The translations under genes were made by a program, and so were the position numbers. A DNA stretch of 64,000 bases from a virus (taxonomy: Duplodnaviria > Heunggongvirae > Uroviricota > Caudoviricetes): IMG/VR virus record IMGVR_UViG_2541047596_000003, one strand, 5' to 3'. Positions 50,538-58,895 of this stretch are shown here, in pieces (the stretch's first letter is position 1; every line of letters starts with the position of its first letter). The notes under the pieces are model-generated. The model was given only the letters and a program-made list of their open reading frames with translations, did not search any database and had not been told where the DNA came from.

Positions 50538-50721
50538 GAGTTTTTAAATAACCTCTTCTGAATGCTTTGATGTAAATTCCTAATCTCCTTATATGTTGAA
50601 CGCCATCAATAAGACGTATTAAATAAATCGCTCCTTTTGCGTCAGATACAAATCCACACCCGAAACCAATGCCAACTAATTTTAGGCCATCAGGTATTCT
50701 ATAATCAGTTTTCTGTTCCAT
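50527..50721 (-). CDS. Hypothetical protein
   Basis: ORF-track ORF, operon strand. Confidence 0.35.
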   Translation of the reverse strand: MEQKTDYRIPDGLKLVGIGFGCGFVSDAKGAIYLIRLIDGVQHIRRLGIYIKAFRRGYLKTHEI

Positions 50722-50819
50722 GCCTCACCTCATATGGTATTCAATAAACCACCTGATAAACAGACATAAGGCAATAAAACCCCAGCAACAGCACATATAA
50801 AACAATGTGTCGTCCATAA

Positions 50820-51038
50820 TTAAGCCTCAATAACACCGTAATCGAACGTGCCTAAATACCGTTCGATACTTACAACCTCAATACCATCAATGCACCGTTT
50901 CCACACAGACACCTGGCTTTCATTTTCTCTGAAGTGCATATTAGAAAGCACTTCATCGGCTGGGTAGCCTTTCCCGGCGACGTAGGCATCGTGACCTACG
51001 CCACCTTCTACGCAATAAAGCATCAATTCGCGTTCCAT
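50820..51038 (-). CDS. Hypothetical protein (72 aa)
   Basis: Internal ATG 51038 with GGAGG RBS; upstream region holds motif and CRP-like site. Confidence 0.4.
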   Translation of the reverse strand: MERELMLYCVEGGVGHDAYVAGKGYPADEVLSNMHFRENESQVSVWKRCIDGIEVVSIERYLGTFDYGVIEA

Positions 51039-51136
51039 CTTGTTTCCTCCGTGCCGTAAACCTCTTAATTTCAGTTTACAAAACGGATATGCGATCGCAA
51101 TACAAAATGTATATTTATGTGATCGCAATCACGCTG

Positions 51137-51757
51137 TTAATGCAGTACACGTTTTTCCTGTTCATGAATAGGCTGTGCACTTTTCATTGCTTCGTTAAGC
51201 GTAGCTATAGCCGCCTGTACGCCGAATTCATTAGCGCGCATATCATCGCCAACAAATTTTCCGTAAAGCACCGGAATAAACGCCTTAACGTTCACTTCTT
51301 CGTGTCCTTCCTCAATAAATTTCTGCAACATCTTAACCTCAAAGACCTTTTTCATCAGGCCGCGCATAGAATGCAGTGAAACACTGCCAAGCAGATCCTT
51401 GTTCAACGGGAAAATAACAGCACTTCCGAACGCGAGCGGATCAACATCTTCCGGCACTGGTGCGCGTCCGAATTCCTCCTCCATGCGTCTTACGAAAGTG
51501 AGGCAGAACACATAACGCGCTACCGATGTTTTTTCTTCCATGCTTAAAGACACGTAATCGCGGATTGATGCATTCATCATAATATCGACAATCTGTAGCG
51601 CCAGATTTAAGTCACTGTCATACACTCCTGCTTCCATATCTTTTAAAACTTCGTGATAATCCTTAGTTACCACTTCGTGAAAGCTCGCGTCCTCTGTGTA
51701 GCGAGTAATTAACATGCCTTCGCTGCCGAGTGAATAAGCCGTTTTGATATTGTTCAT
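51137..51757 (-). CDS. Hypothetical protein (206 aa)
   Basis: ATG 51757 with AAGGGT RBS, 12 nt after upstream stop. Confidence 0.45.
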   Translation of the reverse strand: MNNIKTAYSLGSEGMLITRYTEDASFHEVVTKDYHEVLKDMEAGVYDSDLNLALQIVDIMMNASIRDYVSLSMEEKTSVARYVFCLTFVRRMEEEFGRAPVPEDVDPLAFGSAVIFPLNKDLLGSVSLHSMRGLMKKVFEVKMLQKFIEEGHEEVNVKAFIPVLYGKFVGDDMRANEFGVQAAIATLNEAMKSAQPIHEQEKRVLH

Positions 51758-51768
51758 AATATTTACCC

Positions 51769-52101
51769 TTATAGTGGATGATGCCATTTCATTTCAGTTT
51801 CTGAATTAAACGGGTTTCCTTCGCTTGAAAGGAATAAATCACGCTCCCGTTTCAGTTCTTCCGGGCTTATTTCTATTTCATCAATCTGACCGAACGATCC
51901 AGGCATCATCCGTTTTAAATCGGATAGCGGACGCATAAGGCCGCAGCCACGTAACAGCATGTCTATAGCGAATTGTCTACGCCCTGCTGCATCATTAAAG
52001 CGACGCGCCCACGGGACACACACAATCCGGCGTTCGAACTCAATAAATAGTGATAGCTTGTTAGTCTGACTATCATAGGCCTTATGTAATTTAATTTTCA
52101 T
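51769..52101 (-). CDS. Hypothetical protein
   Basis: ORF-track ORF, operon strand. Confidence 0.4.
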   Translation of the reverse strand: MKIKLHKAYDSQTNKLSLFIEFERRIVCVPWARRFNDAAGRRQFAIDMLLRGCGLMRPLSDLKRMMPGSFGQIDEIEISPEELKRERDLFLSSEGNPFNSETEMKWHHPL

Positions 52102-52282
52102 TTAACACCTCAACATATTGTTCAAGATGCCATCTCCCCACCTCATCATCTTCCTCATCAAATAATATTACTTGACCACCAGGCAAAAAAGAAAAGGCAG
52201 CTATAATAAACTCATAGCCATACCAAGTGCGGATCTTCTCACCGCCTTTCAGGTGTTTTACTTTCACTAATTTTATAGCCAT
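52091..52282 (-). CDS. Hypothetical protein
   Basis: ORF-track ORF, operon strand. Confidence 0.35.
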   Translation of the reverse strand: MAIKLVKVKHLKGGEKIRTWYGYEFIIAAFSFLPGGQVILFDEEDDEVGRWHLEQYVEVLNEN

Positions 52283-52545
52283 ACGCCGTACATCCCATTC
52301 AGCCCGGCAAACAATTTCCGCCAGTGGTCTTCAACATAATCCCGGAACGGCTTAACGCGAACATTGCGGGCCTTCAGTTCAATCTTGTCAAAGAAACGAG
52401 GCTCAATAATCGTTCCATCCAGATATTTAACCAGGATCGGGCGCTCAAGATCGTTATATGTCTTGTTCAGCACAACCAGACCAGGGTCGCTACGATATTC
52501 TGGCAAAACAACAAGATCGCCATCTTTTGCATTCCAAGTAACCAT
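52273..52545 (-). CDS. Hypothetical protein
   Basis: ATG 52545 overlapping upstream tiny-ORF stop (TGATG). Confidence 0.4.
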   Translation of the reverse strand: MVTWNAKDGDLVVLPEYRSDPGLVVLNKTYNDLERPILVKYLDGTIIEPRFFDKIELKARNVRVKPFRDYVEDHWRKLFAGLNGMYGVWL

Positions 52546-52664
52546 CACATCGCCCCTTTACAAATAAAGCTAATCACCGCAGCAAGTGCGCCGCAAAACA
52601 CAATCGTAAACAGGAAACAAATAACGCAAAAAGCGACCCTTACAATATTCTTGCAAACCTTCAT
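52545..52664 (-). CDS. Tiny hydrophobic peptide (38 aa)
   Basis: MKVCKNIVRVAFCVICFLFTIVFCGALAAVISFICKGAM; coupled to neighbours. Confidence 0.35.
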   Translation of the reverse strand: MKVCKNIVRVAFCVICFLFTIVFCGALAAVISFICKGAM

Positions 52665-52667
52665 AAC

Positions 52668-52787
52668 TCACCCCAACAATGCAACAATTAATTCAGCAAT
52701 AAAAACGGCGACATAAAAAGAAGCTGTGATATAAATCACCCCAATAACGAAGGCGGCGGCTAATGCCGCAATTTTTACCATGCTCAT
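52668..52787 (-). CDS. Tiny hydrophobic peptide (39 aa)
   Basis: MSMVKIAALAAAFVIGVIYITASFYVAVFIAELIVALLG; ATGA overlap with upstream stop. Confidence 0.35.
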   Translation of the reverse strand: MSMVKIAALAAAFVIGVIYITASFYVAVFIAELIVALLG

Positions 52788-53023
52788 TTATCAGCCTCCG
52801 CAATGAACTTATCAAGCCATTTGTTATTGGCCAGGCGTTCGGCATCTTCGCCAAATGTTTTACGTTCGCTTAATTCCTTGCGCGTTGGCATAGGCCATTT
52901 ATCGTGCCACCCGGCAGACGTTTCGAACTCATACAGGCCGCCGTTAAAAGTGACATAGTCATCAGATGAGTCAGGCAGCTCTTTATCAACATCTTTTTCT
53001 TCGATCATGATTTGATACCTCAT
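52784..53023 (-). CDS. Hypothetical protein
   Basis: ORF-track ORF, operon strand, coupled. Confidence 0.4.
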   Translation of the reverse strand: MRYQIMIEEKDVDKELPDSSDDYVTFNGGLYEFETSAGWHDKWPMPTRKELSERKTFGEDAERLANNKWLDKFIAEADK

Positions 53024-53301
53024 TAATCGTTAATAACCTGGCCCATACGCCCGCGATATTTGCGCATACGTGGATCGACATATTCAGGCCAGTGCATATC
53101 CGGTTTTCTTTGCAGCGGATAAAAACTTGCCTGCCAGTTGTCGAACCATATTTGTTTTGCGTACAGGTCACTAAATCTTTTCGCCATCCGTTCCGCTGCC
53201 GTGCCGCATAAAAAAAGCCCGCGATCGATTTGATCACGGGCTTCTTTTAATACTTGCTCTTTTGTTCGTGGCGGTGGTGGCGGTTTTAGATAATCAACCA
53301 T
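53023..53301 (-). CDS. Hypothetical protein (Pro-rich N-terminus)
   Basis: ORF-track ORF downstream of ssb. Confidence 0.4.
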   Translation of the reverse strand: MVDYLKPPPPPRTKEQVLKEARDQIDRGLFLCGTAAERMAKRFSDLYAKQIWFDNWQASFYPLQRKPDMHWPEYVDPRMRKYRGRMGQVIND

Positions 53302-53316
53302 CGCTAACCTATTGGA

Positions 53317-53721
53317 TCAAAACGGGATATCGTCATCAAAGTCCATCGGCGGATTATTCCCGTTATTATTCTGCTGCTGCGGAGGCGCTTTCTGCTGCTG
53401 GCCTTGTTGGTTAACGTTCATGAATTCAAATTCGTTAACCGCCACTTCTACCGCCGTTCCCTTCGTGCCGTCGTTCCGGTCATATTGCCGAACATCCAGG
53501 CGACCGCTTACCACTATTTTTCCACCCTTGCGGATATGTGGCGCTAATTTTTCCGCACGCTCACCAAATACCAGGCAAGTGACCCACATTGTCCGCTTAT
53601 TATCGCCGTAGCCATTCGTTACAGCTAACGGAAAACTACCAATCGCTTTCCCGTTTTGTGTGTAGCGAACCTCCATATCATTACCGATATTCCCGCCCAG
53701 CGTGATTGAATTTAAACTCAT
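53317..53721 (-). CDS. ssb: Single-stranded DNA-binding protein SSB (134 aa)
   Basis: OB-fold SSB sequence with Gln/Pro-rich linker and acidic tail ...DFDDDIPF. Confidence 0.9.
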   Translation of the reverse strand: MSLNSITLGGNIGNDMEVRYTQNGKAIGSFPLAVTNGYGDNKRTMWVTCLVFGERAEKLAPHIRKGGKIVVSGRLDVRQYDRNDGTKGTAVEVAVNEFEFMNVNQQGQQQKAPPQQQNNNGNNPPMDFDDDIPF

Positions 53722-54365
53722 TAACCCATCTCCCCGTTAAGCTCTGCTACCCGGATGTCATAAACATCTTTTGCCTTGATTCGATGTTCCGATCCTTCCG
53801 GTAGTAATTTCCAGCATTTGCCAAATATTTCACGCAGCTTGTTAGCGTCCTGCGCTTTCGCTGCTGCATCACAGAAACGTGCTAATACTTCATCAGGATT
53901 TGGCGGCGCTTTCTGCTGCTGTGGTTGTTGTTTTGGTGGGTTTTTCTGCTGGCGAGGCTGCTGGCCTGTCTGCTTAGCGTATGCGTCAGTATCAGGATCT
54001 CGCGCATCATCAATGCAGAATAAACCGTTCAAAGCATATTTTCGCGCGTAACTTGATGTCGCACCTGTTAGCTGGCTTGCGTCCATTCCCTTCTTGCTTT
54101 CTTCTTCCCTGGCGTAAGCCGTTACCGCTATTTCGTCTTCACCGTCGCTTAGCGTCGCCGTAGCTTTCACATAATAGCGATTGCCGATCAGGACAATTTC
54201 ATCGCTTACAGTCAGCGTAATACTTTGAAGCAGTGGTTTAACCGCCTCTAAAATATCCTCCGCCGACCTGTAATTATATCCACCAAAATTATTACGCTGA
54301 TTTTTCGGCGCGTTCAGCGTTTGCTGAATCGTCCATAGCTTTTTATGTAACTCTGTTTTCACCAT
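53721..54365 (-). CDS. erf: Erf-family single-strand annealing protein (214 aa)
   Basis: Resembles P22 Erf-type recombinase; overlaps ssb start (ATGA). Confidence 0.75.
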   Translation of the reverse strand: MVKTELHKKLWTIQQTLNAPKNQRNNFGGYNYRSAEDILEAVKPLLQSITLTVSDEIVLIGNRYYVKATATLSDGEDEIAVTAYAREEESKKGMDASQLTGATSSYARKYALNGLFCIDDARDPDTDAYAKQTGQQPRQQKNPPKQQPQQQKAPPNPDEVLARFCDAAAKAQDANKLREIFGKCWKLLPEGSEHRIKAKDVYDIRVAELNGEMG

Positions 54366-54481
54366 TTAATCTCCCGTGCTGTTAACACTATGTATAAGGC
54401 TTTATTCGCGGCGCTCCACATTTCGGCATCGTGAAGCATTTCCGCTACTGCCAGTTTGAATTGAAGCGCCTGAATAACCAT
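54362..54481 (-). CDS. Tiny ORF coupled to erf (39 aa)
   Basis: ATG 54481 with GGAG RBS; stop overlaps erf start. Confidence 0.3.
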
Positions 54482-54511
54482 AATGTCATCTCCGGATGTT
54501 TACATTTTGTA

Positions 54512-54802
54512 TTAATGGTAGCGGACTTTATCCAGGGGTTTTTCCCCTAAATGGCGTGGTTGCGTTGCGTGGTAGTAGCTGCCGCTTTCATTTTCCGTAT
54601 ACCATTTTACTGATCCTTTGCGACGTTCTTTAATGCTATTTGGTTTGCATCTTTCCTCGTTTGCAAATCGAATAGCTTTATCCACATTGTCTGTTTTATT
54701 GATTGCAGGTGATGATTTTCTTTCGTTTTCTCTTTTTATCCTTCTGCGTTCCCTGGCATTCATTTTGCTATCACATTTACCATATATAATTGTAACGCTC
54801 AT
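54512..54802 (-). CDS. N-type transcription antiterminator (P22 gene 24-like, arginine-rich motif)
   Basis: N-terminus MSVTIIYGKCDSKMNARERRRIKRE closely parallels recalled P22 gp24 MTVITYGKS...NAKTRRHERRRK. Confidence 0.5.
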   Translation of the reverse strand: MSVTIIYGKCDSKMNARERRRIKRENERKSSPAINKTDNVDKAIRFANEERCKPNSIKERRKGSVKWYTENESGSYYHATQPRHLGEKPLDKVRYH

Positions 54803-55281
54803 AATCTGATCTCCGTATATCCTTGATGATACTTAATAAAAAATCATCTTCGTTAATTGCCGCACTTCCAGCGGCTGACCAGATTGTTAATGAGCGGCTT
54901 AACATCTTTCAACTAATCCCGCAATCATCGCCGTTCCCGGCGTGACCTTGCTCACTCCAAGCAAGCTGACTCGTCGCCTTGCGTGCGGTTTCGTGGGGGA
55001 TGTAACGCTTTAAACACCCCATGCGCCTTGTTATCAGTGCCGCTTTCGGTCCCCCATCGGGGAGTTACTCCACGGTTGACAAGGTGTTAAGCCTGATTTT
55101 TAAAGTGCCAGGAAGTTGCTTTTGTTACCTGCGCCCTTCCTTTGACTCGCAATATACGCCCCGTAAAACATCGAGTCAATCCATTTTGTATACTTTTTTA
55201 AAATATTTTATATGCCATTGATATTTAAATAATAAATAACGTTTTCTGTTTACGTTTTGGTGTTTTCCAGGCAAAGAAAAG

Positions 55282-55297
55282 CCGCCATTCGGCGGCT
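55282..55297 (-). terminator. Terminator immediately after repressor gene
   Basis: GCCGCCATTCGGCGGC hairpin followed by T-rich tract on the minus strand. Confidence 0.5.
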
Positions 55298-55302
55298 AAT
55301 GT

Positions 55303-55950
55303 TTATGGCAGGTTTACGATCTTCGCATCAACCACCACGCCTATAATTTTTGATTCTGGATTCATAGGGATTGGCGGATACAGCGGATTGAGCGAACGTA
55401 AAAGCCTTTGACCTCCATCAATAATCAACTGTTTAAACGTCGGTATCTGCCCTTCCTCAAGCTGGGCTATAACCAGTTTGCCGTCAATAGCTGGCGCGTG
55501 CGGGTCCACAAGTATCATCGTCCCCGCCGGGATGCTCAACCCCTGCGGCGCGTTCATTGATTCACCTTTGGCAACCAGCCAGTAACTGTCATCTGAACAA
55601 ATAACGCTAGTCGTAACGTGTCGTAATGCTGAACGCCTTGCGTCATCCATATTGTTTACTGTGTCCTTCCAGTCAATAACCGGGTAACTACCTAAATCAC
55701 GCGGCGGCACGGCCTGAAGTGTATTAGAAACAGAATCATCAATGACCATGCCATCATGTGTAACAGTAAACTGCCGACGACCAAGCTCGCGCATAATCCG
55801 CGCAATATCTTCAAGATTTGGCTCTCGGCGACCGTTCAGCCAGTGTGACAGGCCGCCTTTAGTTATCCCCATACGATCCGCGAGTGAATCCTGGCTCATG
55901 CCCTGCGCCCGCATGAGCTGCTTTGCTAAGTCATACCATTTTGTTTTCAT
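55303..55950 (-). CDS. CI/C2-type repressor with LexA-like S24 peptidase domain (215 aa)
   Basis: N-terminal HTH (QDSLADRMGITKGGLSHW), C-terminal autocleavage domain with GESM Ser and catalytic Lys; divergent from plus-strand early genes. Confidence 0.78.
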   Translation of the reverse strand: MKTKWYDLAKQLMRAQGMSQDSLADRMGITKGGLSHWLNGRREPNLEDIARIMRELGRRQFTVTHDGMVIDDSVSNTLQAVPPRDLGSYPVIDWKDTVNNMDDARRSALRHVTTSVICSDDSYWLVAKGESMNAPQGLSIPAGTMILVDPHAPAIDGKLVIAQLEEGQIPTFKQLIIDGGQRLLRSLNPLYPPIPMNPESKIIGVVVDAKIVNLP

Positions 55951-56113
55951 GTCGCTACCCTATAACCTCAAAAAGTTTGATGCAAGTCACAAAACGTGTA
56001 TTTTAAGCCTTGATCTTAAAATTCCATTTTGTAAACTTGCAGACAAGGTAAGGCCATACTTGCAAAGACGCAAGGAAAAAGATAACTGAAGGCACAAAAA
56101 GGCACTTACCTTA

Positions 56114-56148
56114 TGCTCTTTAAAAATCCGGTGTCGCTGCGAAGCGAA
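56114..56148 (+). promoter_or_regulatory. nut-like site (boxA-like TGCTCTTTAAAAA plus small hairpin)
   Basis: boxA-like sequence close to the rrn/P22 boxA as recalled, followed by GTCGCTGCGAAGCGA stem-loop; identical 18-mer recurs at 47463-47480 on the minus strand. Confidence 0.4.
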
Positions 56149-56255
56149 AAACAAATATCACGCAACGGCGGGATCTGTTGAGCGGTCAGTCACTGCTATC
56201 TAATGCTAATGGGATGCCCGCCCGCGCGTTCACTCTAACCATAGGAGAAAATGCG

Positions 56256-56513
56256 ATGAGTATGAACATGATTAGTAAAGCATGGAACGTAAAACTTAAT
56301 AGCCCGATTCAAAAACTTGTCTTAATGGCTCTGGCTGAAAAGGCAGATAACAAAGGACGGGTACATGATGCATCACGCAAAGAAGTAGCCGCAATGTGTG
56401 AACTTCCTGTTCATACGGTACATGATGCCTTCGCCGCGTTAATGGATAAAGGATTTGTTTGTCGTCTTGATGCATTCAGTGATGTCTATGTAGTGATGTT
56501 GCCGGAGGGATGA
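56256..56513 (+). CDS. HTH DNA-binding protein at start of rightward early operon (85 aa)
   Basis: ATG 56256 with AGGAG RBS (ORF track extends upstream from a TTG); helix-turn-helix-like KLVLMALAEKADNKGRV. Confidence 0.5.
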   Translation: MSMNMISKAWNVKLNSPIQKLVLMALAEKADNKGRVHDASRKEVAAMCELPVHTVHDAFAALMDKGFVCRLDAFSDVYVVMLPEG

Positions 56514-56516
56514 TCT

Positions 56517-57563
56517 ATGAAGTGGTTTAAGCATGACAGCGATGCGAACCGCGATGAAAAACTTCAAAACGTTTTGTTAGATTATGGCCTGGAAGGGTAC
56601 GGGCTTTATTGGTATTGCCTCGAACTAATAACTTATGACGTAGATCAGCACAATCTGAATTTTGACCTACGACATGACGCGAGAATCATTGCGCGAAACG
56701 TCGGATCTACTGAAAAACGTATAGAAGAAATGATGAAATACTTCATCGAAATTGGTTTGTTCGAATGTTCTCAAGGCCACATAACTTGCCTAAAGTTATT
56801 AAAAAGGCTGGACCAATCAATGACTTCTAAGAGCGCTTATAGGGCTGCTATAAACACAGCGAAGGAGCAATTAAAATTAGAGAAGTTAATCAATCCAACA
56901 CCAAAAGGTCATGATAGGGTCATGACCGGGTCAGGAAAGGGTCATGAATTAGAAGTAGAAGAAGAAAGAGAAAAAGATATATACACTTCGTGTATTAGCG
57001 AAAATGGACAAAAAACGGTCAATCAGGATGGCGTAAACGAAGCGGCATTGCGTTGCTTGGCCTTCTACAACGACAAAGCTGGATGCAAGTGTCGTGATGC
57101 TAAGCCATTTATCGAACTACTGACAGAAACAAAAACACGTAAGGCATACACGGAGGATGAGATCACATTAGTAATCGAATGGGCTTTGACGCAATGGCGC
57201 AGCCGTGGTGGAACACCTAAGCCTATCAACATTTGCCGGGTAACTAAATTCGATGGGTATCTGGCTGACGCTGAGCAATGGCGCAAGCTATCAGCTACTG
57301 TAAACGCTGCCGACGTGGTGGAAGCATTTAACAGCACGTTTGACGGCCTGTTACCACCTGCCGAACTGGATCGGGATCTTGAACGCAAGATCTATGCGTT
57401 CACTGACTACCTGAAAGACAAAAGCATTAACGGCTTTGTCGCCTACTTCGAAACGTTCAAAAACACGGCTTCAGATTTTTACTTCGGCAATGGCTTCACT
57501 GCGACACTTGATTTCCTGCTTAAACCAAAAACGCTACGTGATACGCGCGCTGGCGCTCTTTGA
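56517..57563 (+). CDS. Putative replication initiation protein (348 aa)
   Basis: Position between HTH gene and helicase; N-terminal region resembles phage replisome-organiser domains; from memory only. Confidence 0.5.
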   Translation: MKWFKHDSDANRDEKLQNVLLDYGLEGYGLYWYCLELITYDVDQHNLNFDLRHDARIIARNVGSTEKRIEEMMKYFIEIGLFECSQGHITCLKLLKRLDQSMTSKSAYRAAINTAKEQLKLEKLINPTPKGHDRVMTGSGKGHELEVEEEREKDIYTSCISENGQKTVNQDGVNEAALRCLAFYNDKAGCKCRDAKPFIELLTETKTRKAYTEDEITLVIEWALTQWRSRGGTPKPINICRVTKFDGYLADAEQWRKLSATVNAADVVEAFNSTFDGLLPPAELDRDLERKIYAFTDYLKDKSINGFVAYFETFKNTASDFYFGNGFTATLDFLLKPKTLRDTRAGAL

Positions 57564-57697
57564 CCAACCACGATCCGCAAAAATCCAAAATTACCCACAA
57601 AACAACCTCACCAGCGAGCTAAATCGCATGTGGTGCTACACTTGCTTACCTTTTTGCGATTAGCTCGTTAGAGAGCGTTACAGAGAGGATTTTAAAA

Positions 57698-57799
57698 TGG
57701 ATAGTAAACACGTTTTCGCCGTGGCTTTTGCCATCGCTGCGGCAATCGCTGTAAACGTCGTTTTGTTCGGCGGTTTGTTCCTTCGCGTCAATCCATAAC
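57698..57799 (+). CDS. Tiny hydrophobic peptide (33 aa)
   Basis: ATG 57698 after GAGAGG; MDSKHVFAVAFAIAAAIAVNVVLFGGLFLRVNP. Confidence 0.3.
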
Positions 57800-57938
57800 A
57801 TACCTACCAGTCTGTAAATCAAAAATTAGCCACATGATAGCGCCTCTGACGCAATAAGACACTGCAACCTGTGCAAATGGGTTACGCGGTGGGTTTTTGC
57901 ATTGTAGCGCGTCTGAGGCGTTTTAAGGAGTTGGAACG

Positions 57939-58862
57939 ATGCGCAAGTTAACACACGAAGAACAAATTGCGGCTATTGCGAAAATTAATCCTGATGTTGA
58001 AGTGCTGGGAGAAATTACCGGAAATCATAAAAAAGTGTTATGCCGTTGCAAGGTTTGTGATCATGAGTGGTCGGCTACACCTTGCAACCTAAAACACGGG
58101 CGCGGTTGCCCGAAATGCGCTGGGAAGATGAAGTTATCGCACGAAGAACATATTGCCGCTATCGAGAAAGTTAATCCTGATATTGAAGTGTTGGGTGAAA
58201 TTATTAATGACAAAACAAAAGTATTATGCCGCTGCAATATCTGTAGTCATGAGTGGTCGGCTACACCTTGCAACCTAAAACACGGGCGCGGTTGCCCGAA
58301 ATGCGGAATATTAAAAGGCGCACAAGGAAGGACATTAACACACGAAGAACACATCACAGATATAGCCAAAGTTAACACTTATGTTGAAGTATTGGGAAAA
58401 ATTAAGAACCATAGAGATAAAGTCCCGTGCCGCTGCAAGATCTGTAGTCATGAGTGGTCTGCCAGGCCTTGCAACCTTAAAAGCGGGTACGGCTGTCCAA
58501 AATGCGCGAAATACGGTTTCCTTCGTCATGAGTATGGCAAACTTTACATCATGGTTGATGATCTGGAAGTGCCTACACAAATGAAAATTGGGGTAAGTGT
58601 TCAGGAAAATAAACGAAGAAACGATATATTAAAAAGCGCACATAAAGCAGGCGTTAGAATTCCTAATTTGCATATCGTGAAAACGTTAGAAGGGCCAACC
58701 GAAAATATACATGAACTAGAAAACACGATGCATAAGGCTTTTAGCAATTATAAAATTAACTTTCCTGTAAAATTTGATGGTAGCAATGAGTTTTTTTATT
58801 ACAGGCCGGAAGTATTCGACATGGTAGAAGAAGCATTTAAAGAGATTGTTTGCTGCCAATGA
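57939..58862 (+). CDS. Protein with three tandem zinc-ribbon repeats and a C-terminal T5orf172/GIY-YIG-like domain (307 aa)
   Basis: Three about 61-aa repeats each with CRC..C...W......C.....G..CPKC; C-terminal GKLYIMVDD...KIGVS motif. Confidence 0.65.
   Translation: MRKLTHEEQIAAIAKINPDVEVLGEITGNHKKVLCRCKVCDHEWSATPCNLKHGRGCPKCAGKMKLSHEEHIAAIEKVNPDIEVLGEIINDKTKVLCRCNICSHEWSATPCNLKHGRGCPKCGILKGAQGRTLTHEEHITDIAKVNTYVEVLGKIKNHRDKVPCRCKICSHEWSARPCNLKSGYGCPKCAKYGFLRHEYGKLYIMVDDLEVPTQMKIGVSVQENKRRNDILKSAHKAGVRIPNLHIVKTLEGPTENIHELENTMHKAFSNYKINFPVKFDGSNEFFYYRPEVFDMVEEAFKEIVCCQ
57948..58520. repeat. Intragenic tandem triplication (about 190-nt units) encoding the zinc-ribbon repeats
   Basis: Identical 42-mer CACCTTGCAACCTAAAACACGGGCGCGGTTGCCCGAAATGCG at about 58078 and 58262; third copy diverged. 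Confidence 0.6.
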
Positions 58863-58895
58863 ATATACAAAATGTAAACCGGAGGATATAACATT

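Noticed and set aside
56036-56075. Possible repressor operators (CTTGC-N6-GCAAG-like half-sites) in the immunity intergenic region
   Set aside because: Symmetry is imperfect and only two weak copies were found; not confident enough to annotate as operators.
55742-56089. 115-aa plus-strand ORF overlapping the 5' end of the repressor gene and the operator region
   Set aside because: Antisense to the well-supported CI-like gene; start lies within repressor coding sequence; no RBS.
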